A stretch of 64,000 bases of DNA from Chloroflexota bacterium (GTDB lineage Bacteria; Chloroflexota; Dehalococcoidia; Lucifugimonadales; UBA3495), in assembly GCA_027623815.1 (NCBI GenBank), contig JAQBUV010000002.1, positions 16,633 through 80,632 of the forward strand. Direction: 5' to 3'. The notes beneath the pieces were generated by a model that was not told where the DNA came from, ran no database searches, and saw nothing but the letters and a program-made list of their open reading frames with translations. Positions within the stretch are counted from its first letter, which is position 1. Each line of letters opens with the position of its first letter. A program made the translations under genes and the position numbers. Shown piece by piece: positions 26,221 through 36,242 of this stretch.

Positions 26221-26258
26221 GACGAAGAATCTTGAGTCTGCGCCGCCGAATGGGTCAG

Positions 26259-26292
26259 CCCACCCACAGCCGGGGTCCCGGTTGTGGGTGGG
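26259..26292 (+). other. Long GC-rich stem-loop between pncB and the ETF gene
   Basis: CCCACCCACAGCCGGGG-T-CCCGGTTGTGGGTGGG forms a near-perfect hairpin of about 15 bp. There is no U-tract, and it ends 26 nt before the ETF start. Confidence 0.4.
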
Positions 26293-26317
26293 CAAAGTAG
26301 GAGAGGTTAGGTCAAGA

Positions 26318-28159
26318 ATGAAGATTGCGGTATGTGTTAAATACGTTCCGGTAGTCGCCCGCCTGAAATTCGACTACGAGAACAAGACCATCATCCGGGA
26401 GGGCGTGCCTTCGGAAATTAATCCCTTCGACCTGTTGGGACTGGTGCGGGCGGTGCAAATGAAGTCCTCCCCAGGCGATCAGGTAGTGGTAGTGTCAATG
26501 GGGCCGCCGCAAGCCAAGGAAGGTCTGGTGCAGTGTTTGGCCCTGGGCGCTGACCGGGCCGTTTTGCTGACCGACCGCGCGCTGGCTGGCTCCGACACGC
26601 TGGCTACTGCCCGTGCGTTGGCGCTGGCCCTGGAAAAGGAAAACCCTGACCTGATAATCTGTGGCCGCAACAGCGCCGACGCCGAGACCGGCCAGGTGGG
26701 GCCAGAACTGGCCGAACTAATGGGCCTGCCTCATATTAGCCAGGTGCGGAAGCTTGATTACCAGCCCGAAAGCAATAGCATCATTGCGGAACGGTCTACC
26801 GACGAGGGACACCAGGTAATTCAATGTTCTCTGCCGGCGGTGCTCTGCGTTACCGAAGGAATCGCCCCGGAACTATTCCCCAACCGGGAGGAAATGGCGG
26901 CAGCCCAGGAGAAACCAATTGAGGAATTAAGCTGCGCCGACCTGTCGCCGGACGTGTCGATTTTTGGGGCATCCGGCTCGCCAACCTGGGTTGAGGCCAT
27001 ACGTTTGGTCGAGCCCAATCGTCTGGCCGAGGTAATCACCGATGCCGACCCCCAAACCGCCGCGCGTCAGGTGGCCGACCAGGTGAGGCAGCGTCTTCAG
27101 GCCCTTGCCGCTGACCAGGGAGGCACGGCAACGGTAGACAATACCATCAGGTATCCGTATGTTCGTGGACAGAGCATATGGGTGGTGGCCGAGACGGCCG
27201 GGTCGGAACTGAGACAGGTGACCCTGGAGATGCTGGGCAAGGCCCGGGAGTTGACTGCGTCCACCAGTAGCGAAGTGGTAGCGGTCTTGATCGGCTCTAG
27301 CGACCAGAATCTAATCAACATCCTCACTGCTCACGGCGCGGATCTGGTGTTGACCTTGGACAACTCCATCCTCGGCCCAATATGCGGTCGTGGCGTCGCT
27401 CAGGCTCTGTCTGACGCGATCGACATTGCAAGGCCATACGCGGTGTTTTTCGCCGCCACCGCCGATGGTCGAGACCTGGCTTCACGCATCGCAGCCCGGC
27501 TGAAGCTGGGACTGACTGGCGACGCCATTGACCTGGAGATCAATGCGCAAGGGCAATTGGTGCAGCTCAAACCCGCCCTGGGCGGCAACGTCATTGCGCC
27601 CATCCTGTCGAAGACCCTGCCCAATCTGGTGACGCTGCGGCCAGGATTGCTAACGCCCATTGTTGCCGACAACTCGGTTGAGGCTCTGGTCGAGGCAATC
27701 CCAGTTCCCGACTTCAGCGGCTCTGACATTACGTTGCTGTCAACGCACCAGGTTGATGATCTGGGAGCCATTGCTCTAACCCAGGCCCAGGTGGTATTGG
27801 GTGTGGGCATGGGCATCGGCGGGCCGGAAAGCCTGCTTGAACTCCAGTCGCTGGCCCAGTCCATCGGCGCAACGCTGGCCACCACCCGTAACGTGGTTCA
27901 CGCTGGGTGGCTGCCCCACCAGGTTCAAGTGGGCATCAGCGGGCGCACCATCGCGCCGAAAGTTTACATTGCCGTGGGGATTCGGGGAGCGTTCAATCAC
28001 ACCGTTGGGATTCAGAAGGCCGGGGTGATTCTGACCATCAACCAGAACCAGCGGGCACCCATCTTCAAGGCCGCCGACTACGGCATTGTCGGAGACTGGA
28101 AGGAATTTTTGCCGCCCCTGATTGAGGCGCTGCGGCCGGTGTTGGCGGCTCAGCATTAG
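26318..28159 (+). CDS. Fused electron transfer flavoprotein, beta-subunit domain followed by alpha-subunit domain (EtfB-EtfA fusion)
   Basis: 613 aa from ATG 26318 (RBS GGAGAGG). The N-terminal half 'MKIAVCVKYVPV...INPFDL...ADLIICGRNSADAETGQVGP' is ETF-beta. The C-terminal half 'IWVVAE...' through 'GASGSPTW'-type linker to 'GISGRTIAPKVYIAVGIRGAFNHTVG...AD.GIVGD' is ETF-alpha with the FAD-binding signature. The ORF-track start at 26039 overlaps pncB. Confidence 0.85.
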   Translation: MKIAVCVKYVPVVARLKFDYENKTIIREGVPSEINPFDLLGLVRAVQMKSSPGDQVVVVSMGPPQAKEGLVQCLALGADRAVLLTDRALAGSDTLATARALALALEKENPDLIICGRNSADAETGQVGPELAELMGLPHISQVRKLDYQPESNSIIAERSTDEGHQVIQCSLPAVLCVTEGIAPELFPNREEMAAAQEKPIEELSCADLSPDVSIFGASGSPTWVEAIRLVEPNRLAEVITDADPQTAARQVADQVRQRLQALAADQGGTATVDNTIRYPYVRGQSIWVVAETAGSELRQVTLEMLGKARELTASTSSEVVAVLIGSSDQNLINILTAHGADLVLTLDNSILGPICGRGVAQALSDAIDIARPYAVFFAATADGRDLASRIAARLKLGLTGDAIDLEINAQGQLVQLKPALGGNVIAPILSKTLPNLVTLRPGLLTPIVADNSVEALVEAIPVPDFSGSDITLLSTHQVDDLGAIALTQAQVVLGVGMGIGGPESLLELQSLAQSIGATLATTRNVVHAGWLPHQVQVGISGRTIAPKVYIAVGIRGAFNHTVGIQKAGVILTINQNQRAPIFKAADYGIVGDWKEFLPPLIEALRPVLAAQH

Positions 28160-28200
28160 CTAACAATTCTGCCTTAGTAGTATGCGCTGTTTCCGACGCT

Positions 28201-28271
28201 ACCCCCTCACCCCCGGCCCCTCTCCCTCAGGGAGAGGGGTAGCCGAGCGGAGCAAGGTCGAGGTGAGGGCC
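28201..28271. repeat. Intergenic nested-hairpin repeat, copy B (CCCTCACCCC family)
   Basis: The inner perfect 10-bp hairpin is CCCCTCTCCC-TCA-GGGAGAGGGG and the outer arms are CCCTCACC (28204-11) / GGTGAGGG (28262-69). The 3' core is related to 2091-2126, and the CCCTCACCCC arm also occurs at 33517-33527. Confidence 0.6.
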
Positions 28272-28311
28272 ATCCATGCAATTAGAAGTCCCGGACTTTC
28301 GACAGTCAAGC

Positions 28312-28340
28312 TTGACAGTAAAGCAGGCCCTTAGTAGTAT
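28312..28340 (+). promoter_or_regulatory. Candidate sigma-70-type promoter for the S-box operon
   Basis: TTGACA (28312-17), a 17-nt spacer, then TAGTAT (28335-40). It lies about 35 nt upstream of the riboswitch P1. Confidence 0.4.
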
Positions 28341-28374
28341 TAACCAAGGTTAACAGCTGAATAAGGATCTGGAT

Positions 28375-28494
28375 CCCTTATCCAGAACGGCGGAGGGAGC
28401 GGCCCTATGATGCCAGGCAACCGGCCTAGCTGTCGGCTAGACAGCGGGACACGGTGCCAAATCCGACGTCCCCATTGGGGGCGAGAGATGAGGG
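28375..28494 (+). promoter_or_regulatory. SAM-I (S-box) riboswitch aptamer
   Basis: The sequence is CCCTTATC-CAGAAC-GGCGGAGGGAGCGGCCCTATGATGCC-AGGCAACC...GGTGCCAAATCC...GAGAGATGAGGG. The conserved S-box blocks (TTATC..AGA..GGCGGAGGGA..GGCCC.ATGA..GGCAACC..GGTGC.AA.TCC..AGATGAG) and the P1 pairing CCCTTATC/GATGAGGG are all present. Confidence 0.9.
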
Positions 28495-28523
28495 AGCTTA
28501 AGTAATATCGATTAATAACTGAG

Positions 28524-28550
28524 CTTCTCTAATTTGGGAAGTTTTTTTTT
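28524..28550 (+). terminator. Weak candidate riboswitch terminator (expression platform)
   Basis: CTTCTC-TAATTT-GGGAAG (6 bp including one G.U) is followed by T9 (28542-28550). The stem is weak, so the mechanism is uncertain. Confidence 0.35.
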
Positions 28551-28570
28551 GGGCATTTTTGCCAAGGTGA

Positions 28571-29614
28571 GTGGGGTTGGCTGAGATTAGACCGATACTG
28601 TGGGATAACGGTGTGCTGAAACTGTTGGACCAGACCCGTCTACCCCTAGAGCAAATAACAATTGAGATTCGTGACTACCGGGCGGCCACCAACGCCATTC
28701 GGGACATGCAGGTGCGGGGCGCTCCGGCCATCGGCGTCACGGCGGCCTACGCCGTAGCGATGGCCGCCCGCGAAGTTCAGGCAGTCGACCAGGCCGAGTT
28801 CATGGCCCGACTTACAGCAGCCGGTGCTCAAATAGAGGCGGCCCGACCCACCGCGGTGAATCTACGCTGGGCAGTCCAGCGGATGCTTCAGGTAGCTGAA
28901 TCGGTGCCCGACTTGAACCATATGGCCGATACGTTGCTGGCTGAGGCCCAACGTATCCAAGAAGAGGATGAAGCGATAAACCGGCGGATGGGAGATTTGG
29001 GCAAAGACCTGATTCCTGAGGGTGGCTCGGTCTTGACTCACTGCAATGCCGGCGCGCTGGCGACAGCCGCTTTTGGTACTGCGGTTGGAGTGATTCGCGC
29101 TAGCTGGGAAGCGGGCCGACGGTTTGAGGTCTTTAACACCGAGACTCGTCCGTTCTTGCAGGGCGCGCGACTAACCGCCTGGGAGTTTCAGCAATTGGGT
29201 ATCCCATCAACCCTTATTGTTGACTCGGCGGCGGGTATGCTGATGCGGCAGGGTCGTATTGGCTGTGTGATTACTGGGGCCGACCGCATCGCCGCCAACG
29301 GGGATACCGCCAACAAAATCGGCACTTACTCGCTGGCGGTGCTGGCCAAGGAGAACGGGATACCCTTCTACGTGGCCGCTCCCATCAGCACTGTCGATCT
29401 CAGTCTGGCCAGTGGGGACGAGATACAGATTGAAGAAAGACCGTCGGAAGAGGTTACCCATTTCCAGGGGAAACCCACCGCTCCGGTGGGGGTCGAGGCC
29501 CTGAACCCAGCCTTTGATGTGACTCCCCAGCGGTACATTGAGGCGATTGTCACTGAGAACGGCGTCTGCCGCTCCCCATATTTGGAAAGCCTTAAGCTGG
29601 CGGCAAGCGCCTGA
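28571..29614 (+). CDS. mtnA: S-methyl-5-thioribose-1-phosphate isomerase
   Basis: 347 aa with 'LLDQTRLP', 'MQVRGAPAIGV', 'THCNAGALAT' and 'VITGADRIAANGDTANKIGTY'. The start is either GTG 28571 or TTG 28577. Confidence 0.9.
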   Translation: MGLAEIRPILWDNGVLKLLDQTRLPLEQITIEIRDYRAATNAIRDMQVRGAPAIGVTAAYAVAMAAREVQAVDQAEFMARLTAAGAQIEAARPTAVNLRWAVQRMLQVAESVPDLNHMADTLLAEAQRIQEEDEAINRRMGDLGKDLIPEGGSVLTHCNAGALATAAFGTAVGVIRASWEAGRRFEVFNTETRPFLQGARLTAWEFQQLGIPSTLIVDSAAGMLMRQGRIGCVITGADRIAANGDTANKIGTYSLAVLAKENGIPFYVAAPISTVDLSLASGDEIQIEERPSEEVTHFQGKPTAPVGVEALNPAFDVTPQRYIEAIVTENGVCRSPYLESLKLAASA

Positions 29615-29634
29615 ATATAATGGCTAAATCTTAA

Positions 29635-30504
29635 ATGAACCGACGAGAAGCAAATACAGCAATAATCGGCGGCAGCGGCCTCTACGAAATTGAGGGGCTG
29701 GAGAACGTTGATTTCATTGAAATTGACACTCCCTTCGGTAAGCCCAGCGATGCGATTGTGCTGGGTACGTTGGAGGGAGAGCCGGTGGCATTTTTGCCGC
29801 GTCACGGTCGGGGGCACCGTATCAATCCCTCGCACATTCCGGTGCGGGCCAATATCTACGCTCTGAAAACCCTGGGCGTGCAGCGCATCATCTCGGTGAG
29901 CGCGGTAGGAAGCCTCAAGGAAGAATTTGCCCCCCTAGATTTGGTCGTGCCTAACCAGCTTATCGACCGCACTCGCCAGCGGGCCAACAGCTTCTTCGAC
30001 GAGGGCATGGTGGTGCATATCGGGTTTGCTGAGCCGTTTTGCAGCGATGCCAGTCACGCCATTTATCAGTCTGCCCAGGAGATGAGTTTGACTGCCCATC
30101 ACGGCGGCACTATGGTGGTGATGGAAGGCCCGGCATTTTCCACCAAGGCTGAGTCGTTCATGTACCGGGCTTGGGGCGCTGACATCATCGGTATGACCGC
30201 GCTTCCTGAAGCCAAGCTGGCCCGGGAAGCCGAAATGTGCTACGCCACCATGGCCTGGATCACCGACTACGACTGCTGGCATGAGTCTAACGAGACCGTC
30301 ACCGTCGAGATGGTGGTGCAAAATTTAATGAAGAATGTGGCCAACTCCAAAGAGATGATTCGGCGGGTGATTGCCAAGCTGGGCCAGGAACGAAATTGCC
30401 CCTGTGCAAATGCCTTGCAGGACGCCATCATTACCCGCCCTCAGGGAATCCCCGAAGAGATCAAACACAAGCTGGCGCCGATAGTCGGGCGCTACATGAG
30501 CTAA
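29635..30504 (+). CDS. mtnP: S-methyl-5'-thioadenosine phosphorylase
   Basis: 289 aa with 'AIIGGSGLY', 'FLPRHGRGHRINPSHIPVRANIYALK' and 'GMTALPEAKLAREAEMCYA'. Confidence 0.9.
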   Translation: MNRREANTAIIGGSGLYEIEGLENVDFIEIDTPFGKPSDAIVLGTLEGEPVAFLPRHGRGHRINPSHIPVRANIYALKTLGVQRIISVSAVGSLKEEFAPLDLVVPNQLIDRTRQRANSFFDEGMVVHIGFAEPFCSDASHAIYQSAQEMSLTAHHGGTMVVMEGPAFSTKAESFMYRAWGADIIGMTALPEAKLAREAEMCYATMAWITDYDCWHESNETVTVEMVVQNLMKNVANSKEMIRRVIAKLGQERNCPCANALQDAIITRPQGIPEEIKHKLAPIVGRYMS

Positions 30505-30519
30505 ACTGGAGGTATCAAG

Positions 30520-30879
30520 ATGCCCAGGCAACAACCTGGTGAACCATATTACCGTGTCGATTCCAATGAGGCCCAATCCATGCTGGAGTCGGACCCCGAG
30601 AACACCGTGGTGGTCGATGTCCGCCGCGATGACGAGTGGGTTACCGGACACGCCACCGGCGCGATCCATATTCCCGTCGATGATCTGACCGACCGCATTG
30701 GTGAGGTGCCCCAGGACAAGAAGGTGCTGTTCATCTGCGCCGCGGGTGTCCGTAGTGGGTTGGCCTGCGAGGTGGCCGCCTCGATGGGCTTTCAGTCGGA
30801 GAACCTCTACAACATTGAGGACGGCACGCCCTACTGGATCGCGGGCAAACATCCCACATCTTACGGAAACGATCCGTAA
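30520..30879 (+). CDS. Rhodanese-like domain protein
   Basis: 119 aa with 'VVVDVRRDDEWVTGH' and the active-site loop 'FICAAGVRS'. Confidence 0.8.
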   Translation: MPRQQPGEPYYRVDSNEAQSMLESDPENTVVVDVRRDDEWVTGHATGAIHIPVDDLTDRIGEVPQDKKVLFICAAGVRSGLACEVAASMGFQSENLYNIEDGTPYWIAGKHPTSYGNDP

Positions 30880-30910
30880 AAATCCTTTTGCTACCCAAAA
30901 CTTAAGTTGA

Positions 30911-32206
<1,296 letters not shown>

Positions 32207-32230
32207 ACCCGGCCAATCAGGAGGAAGACA

Positions 32231-33439
32231 TTGCCATTACTTTTCAATGAATCACCAAAGTATCTGCTGACTTCCGAGTCGGTAACCGAAGGCCACCCGG
32301 ATAAGCTGTGCGACCAGATTTCCGATGCGATATTGGACACTGTGTTGCGTGCTGACCCCATGGGCCGGGTGGCCTGTGAGACCGCCACTACCAACGGTCT
32401 GGTGGTGGTTATGGGTGAGATTACCACCGACACCTACGTTGACGTTCCATCCATCGTCAGAGAGACCCTGCGCAATGCTGGGTACACCAACTCCGACTAC
32501 GGAATTGACGCCAAGAGCTGCGGGGTAAGTGTCTCCATTCAGGAACAGTCGCTGGACATCAGCGCCGGTGTCACCGTGGCCCTGGAATCTCGTGGAGCGG
32601 GCGGCGGCGAAGACCTTGACTCAACCGGCGCGGGCGACCAGGGGATGATGGTAGGATTTGCCTGCAATGAGACCCCGGAGTTGATGCCGCTCACTGTCAG
32701 CCTGTCTCATCGGCTGGTGAAGCAGTTGGCGTTGGTGCGTAAAGAGGGAATTCTGCCCTATCTGCGTCCCGACGGCAAGTCTCAGGTGACCGTGGAGTAC
32801 AAGCACGGCGTGCCTTACCGGGTGGACACCGTGGTCATCAGCGCACAGCACGACCCGGATGTCAGCAACGAGCGTATTGAGCGGGACATCAAAGAGCATG
32901 TCATCAACAAGATCATCCCCGCTGATTTGCTTGATGCTCAGACCAAGTACCTGATCAACCCCAGCGGTCGGTTTGTAATCGGCGGGCCTGCCGGGGACAC
33001 CGGCCTGACCGGGCGCAAGATTCTGGTGGATACCTACGGAGGCATTGCCCGTCACGGCGGCGGAGCCTTCTCCGGCAAAGACCCCACCAAGGTTGACCGC
33101 TCCGGCGCTTATGCCGCTCGTTACGTGGCCAAGAACCTGGTGGCTGCTGGCCTCGCCGACCGGGCCGAACTGATTGTGTCCTACGCCATCGGCGTGGCTC
33201 ATCCGATCTCGGTGTCGGTGGAGACCTTCGACACCAACCATGTGCCCAACCAGAAGATTGATGAACTGGTGGCGAAGCATTTCGACCTGCGCCCGGCGGC
33301 CATCATCCGCAACCTGAACCTGAGACGGCCCATCTATCAGCAGACCGCCGTCTATGGTCACTTTGGCCGGGAAGACCTGAATCTGCCCTGGGAGCAGACC
33401 GATAAAGCGGATATCCTGAGAAAAGAAGCTGGGCTTTAG
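32231..33439 (+). CDS. metK: S-adenosylmethionine synthase
   Basis: 402 aa with a TTG start and RBS AGGAGGA. Motifs present are '[23 protein letters not shown]', '[12 protein letters not shown]' and '[16 protein letters not shown]'. Confidence 0.95.
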   Translation: MPLLFNESPKYLLTSESVTEGHPDKLCDQISDAILDTVLRADPMGRVACETATTNGLVVVMGEITTDTYVDVPSIVRETLRNAGYTNSDYGIDAKSCGVSVSIQEQSLDISAGVTVALESRGAGGGEDLDSTGAGDQGMMVGFACNETPELMPLTVSLSHRLVKQLALVRKEGILPYLRPDGKSQVTVEYKHGVPYRVDTVVISAQHDPDVSNERIERDIKEHVINKIIPADLLDAQTKYLINPSGRFVIGGPAGDTGLTGRKILVDTYGGIARHGGGAFSGKDPTKVDRSGAYAARYVAKNLVAAGLADRAELIVSYAIGVAHPISVSVETFDTNHVPNQKIDELVAKHFDLRPAAIIRNLNLRRPIYQQTAVYGHFGREDLNLPWEQTDKADILRKEAGL

Positions 33440-33515
33440 CGGTCAAATATCAGACTAACCATGTGGATTTCAACTCAGATCTAGTTTAGAAAATTTATTA
33501 AGCCGGTTGGCTTAT

Positions 33516-33575
33516 ACCCTCACCCCTGGCCTATGATTACCAATGGGCCGTAAAATAGGGGTGAGGGTTTCTTTT
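33516..33575 (+). terminator. Terminator after metK built from a CCCTCACCCC-type palindrome
   Basis: A 12-bp stem ACCCTCACCCCT / AGGGGTGAGGGT with a 29-nt loop is followed by TTCTTTT. Confidence 0.65.
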
Positions 33576-33585
33576 AGGAGTTTTC

Positions 33586-35007
33586 ATGACGACCGATGTG
33601 ATCAAATTTGGTACTGATGGCTGGCGAGCGATCATTGCCCAGGACTTTACCTTTGCCAACGTGGCTCGTTGTTCTCAAGGGCTGGTGGACTATCTGAGAG
33701 AGCGAGGCACCGTTGATCAGGGACTGGTGGTGGGCTACGACACCAGATTTCTGTCCAAGGAGTTCGCCGATACCGTCGCTGGCGTTTGCGCTGGAAACGG
33801 CATCAAGGTGTACCTCTCGACAAAGGCAGCTCCGACGCCGGTGATCAGCTTCAATGTGCTGCACCTTGGCGCGGCGGGCGCGGCCATTATTACCGCCAGC
33901 CATAATCCTGGCATCTGGAACGGGTTTAAGTTCAAGCCCGAGTACGCCGGCAGCGCCACTCAAGAGATCACCGACCGGCTGGAAGCGAAAATAGCCAGCG
34001 TCGCCGAGGTCAAGTCGATGCCGTTGGATCTGGGCAGAGCGCAAAAACTGGTGCTGGATATCGACCCATCGCCACCCTATATGACGAGAATCGCTGAGTT
34101 GATCGACTTGCCGTCGATCAAGAATGCCGGACTTAACATAATAGTTGATGCAATGTTTGGCGCGGGTGCTGGCTACATTCCCGCATTGCTGGCCGGAGGG
34201 AAGTCCACTGTCGAAGAGATGAATGGCTACCGCAACCCGGCGTTCCCGGGCATGGAACAGCCGGAGCCAATTGCCCATAACTTGACCAACCTCGCCCAGA
34301 AGGTTAGAGACGAACGCGCGTCGGTGGGCGTGGCTTTGGATGGCGACGCCGACCGCCTCGGCATAATGGACGAGAAGGGGAACTTTGTCAGTACCCTGGA
34401 AGTGTTCTCATTGCTGGCGCTCTACCTGCTGGAAGGCAAAGGCCAGCGGGGCGATCTGGTAAAAGGGGTTACCGCCTCCATGATGCTGAACAAACTGGGG
34501 GAAAAATACAACGTCGGCGTCCACGATATGCGAGTCGGCTTCAAGTACATCGGCCCTAAATTCTCTGAAGTGGACGCCCTGCTCGGGGGCGAGGAAAGCG
34601 GTGGTTACGCTTTCCGTGGGCACATCCCAGAGCGGGACGGTGTTTTGAGCGGGCTGTATATCCTGGAGTACATGGCCAAAGCCGGCCAGACCCCCTCCCA
34701 GTTGGTGGAGCACCTCTTTTCGCAGGTTGGCCCTCATTACTACCAACGACGCGACGCTACCTTCAATCCTGAGCAAAGAGAGCAAATTCAGCAGCGTCTT
34801 CGCAGCGCCGCAGACTTGGCCGATCTGGCCGGAACCCCGATACGTAGTTCTGACGAAATTGATGGCCGCCGTCTGTTGTTTGACGACGCTTGGCTGGCCT
34901 CCCGATTTTCCGGCACCGAGCCGTTGTTGCGGATCTATTGCGAGGCGGAAAGCAGGGAAAGAGTCACCCAATTACTGGATGCCGCTGCCGAATACTTGGG
35001 AGTCTAG
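33586..35007 (+). CDS. Phosphoglucomutase/phosphomannomutase family protein
   Basis: 473 aa with the active-site 'ITASHNPGIWNGFK', the metal loop 'GVALDGDADRLG' and the sugar loop 'GGEESGG'. Confidence 0.85.
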   Translation: MTTDVIKFGTDGWRAIIAQDFTFANVARCSQGLVDYLRERGTVDQGLVVGYDTRFLSKEFADTVAGVCAGNGIKVYLSTKAAPTPVISFNVLHLGAAGAAIITASHNPGIWNGFKFKPEYAGSATQEITDRLEAKIASVAEVKSMPLDLGRAQKLVLDIDPSPPYMTRIAELIDLPSIKNAGLNIIVDAMFGAGAGYIPALLAGGKSTVEEMNGYRNPAFPGMEQPEPIAHNLTNLAQKVRDERASVGVALDGDADRLGIMDEKGNFVSTLEVFSLLALYLLEGKGQRGDLVKGVTASMMLNKLGEKYNVGVHDMRVGFKYIGPKFSEVDALLGGEESGGYAFRGHIPERDGVLSGLYILEYMAKAGQTPSQLVEHLFSQVGPHYYQRRDATFNPEQREQIQQRLRSAADLADLAGTPIRSSDEIDGRRLLFDDAWLASRFSGTEPLLRIYCEAESRERVTQLLDAAAEYLGV

Positions 35008-35043
35008 GAAATTTGCTGGCTATCGGGGGCATATTGGGATCAT

Positions 35044-35072
35044 GGGCGGGTTTTGAACCCGCCCTTATTTTT
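35044..35072 (+). terminator. Rho-independent terminator after the phosphoglucomutase gene
   Basis: GGGCGGGTT-TTG-AACCCGCCC (9-bp perfect stem) is followed by TTATTTTT. Confidence 0.85.
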
Positions 35073-35212
35073 AGCGGCTCTGCGCGGTTCTTACATCGTT
35101 CTTTAATACCTGGCATCCAAAGTAATGTAAACAAATGCGCTTATCGTTAGCCATGAATCCTGGGTGGGCGTAGTTTAAGATCAAGAGAGATTAACATTCG
35201 GGAGCGCATAGG

Positions 35213-36133
35213 ATGTCCTTCGCTAGAAATATTTCTGACACTCTTCGAGAGACCAACTTGCTCCGTAGCATGCTGGTCCCGGCGCTGGTTGCTGGAACTG
35301 CCATTGCCATTGCCTTTCTGGGCGCAATCCTGATTGGCCGAGAAAACGACATCGACGGCGTCAACGGCTTCGTCGAATTCCTGTCGGGCAACTCCAGTTC
35401 CTTTCTGGGAGGACTGGTCGGAGCTTCATTTTTGTTCGCATTTACCGCCGGGTTGGCCTCAGCGGTGAACCCATGCGGATTCGCCATGCTCCCCGCGTAT
35501 CTGGGCCTCTATTTGGGCACCAACGAAGAGGGCGCCCAAGCCCCCAGTCAGGCCAGGCTGTTGGGTAGGGCGCTGTTGATTGGCGGTGCAGTTACCGCTG
35601 GCTTCATAGTGCTGTTTGGAGTGGTGGGTGCCGCCATTGGTCTGGGAGCATCCTTTATCGCTCAGGTGCTGCCCTGGGTCGGCTTGGCCGTCGGGATTTT
35701 GCTGGCGGTGGCTGGGGCCTGGATCATTGGTGGAGGCAAGCTGTACACGGGCCTGGCGGCGCGGGCCGCGTCTCACATCGGTGAACCCACCCAGATTGGG
35801 ATCAAGGGATACTTCCTGTTTGGCATCAGCTACGGGACTGCCTCGCTCAGTTGCACCCTGCCCATTTTTCTGGCAGTCTTGGGGGTGAACATCGCCGGAG
35901 TCAGTCTCCTGAACTCGGTTGGCCAGTTCTTCCTTTACGCCCTGGGCATGGGGTTGGTGATTATGGTGCTGACCATAGGGATGGCTTTCTTCAAGGGGGC
36001 GATGGTGACTGCGTTGCGTAAGGCCTTGCCGTACATTCAGCCCATTGGCGCGGCGTTGATGGTTATTGCTGGGATCTACATCATATTCTACTGGCTGACC
36101 CTGGGCGGGCTGCTGCCAGCCTTTGGTTTGTAG
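35213..36133 (+). CDS. Cytochrome c biogenesis CcdA/DsbD-type thiol-disulfide transporter membrane protein
   Basis: 306 aa, polytopic. It has 'NPCGFAMLPAYL' and a second 'SCTLPIF' Cys motif typical of the DsbD_2/CcdA family. Confidence 0.75.
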   Translation: MSFARNISDTLRETNLLRSMLVPALVAGTAIAIAFLGAILIGRENDIDGVNGFVEFLSGNSSSFLGGLVGASFLFAFTAGLASAVNPCGFAMLPAYLGLYLGTNEEGAQAPSQARLLGRALLIGGAVTAGFIVLFGVVGAAIGLGASFIAQVLPWVGLAVGILLAVAGAWIIGGGKLYTGLAARAASHIGEPTQIGIKGYFLFGISYGTASLSCTLPIFLAVLGVNIAGVSLLNSVGQFFLYALGMGLVIMVLTIGMAFFKGAMVTALRKALPYIQPIGAALMVIAGIYIIFYWLTLGGLLPAFGL

Positions 36134-36185
36134 GGATGGCAATCTAGTCGAACAGTGAATAACTTGCGACACAACCTAAAATACC

Positions 36186-36217
36186 AGAAAGGTGGGGACG
36201 ACAATCCCCACCTTTCT
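36186..36217. terminator. Bidirectional terminator between the convergent ccdA-like gene and rpsI
   Basis: A 13-bp perfect stem AGAAAGGTGGGGA / TCCCCACCTTTCT has loop CGACAA. T-containing tails are present on both strands. Confidence 0.75.
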
Positions 36218-36242
36218 TCGTTGCGATGCTTGAAAAGTTTGG

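Noticed and set aside
26039-26317. N-terminal 93 codons of the ORF-track ETF ORF (start at 26039)
   Set aside because: This stretch overlaps the 3' end of pncB in another frame and has no ETF-like sequence. The ETF-beta homology begins exactly at the ATG at 26318, which has a good RBS.
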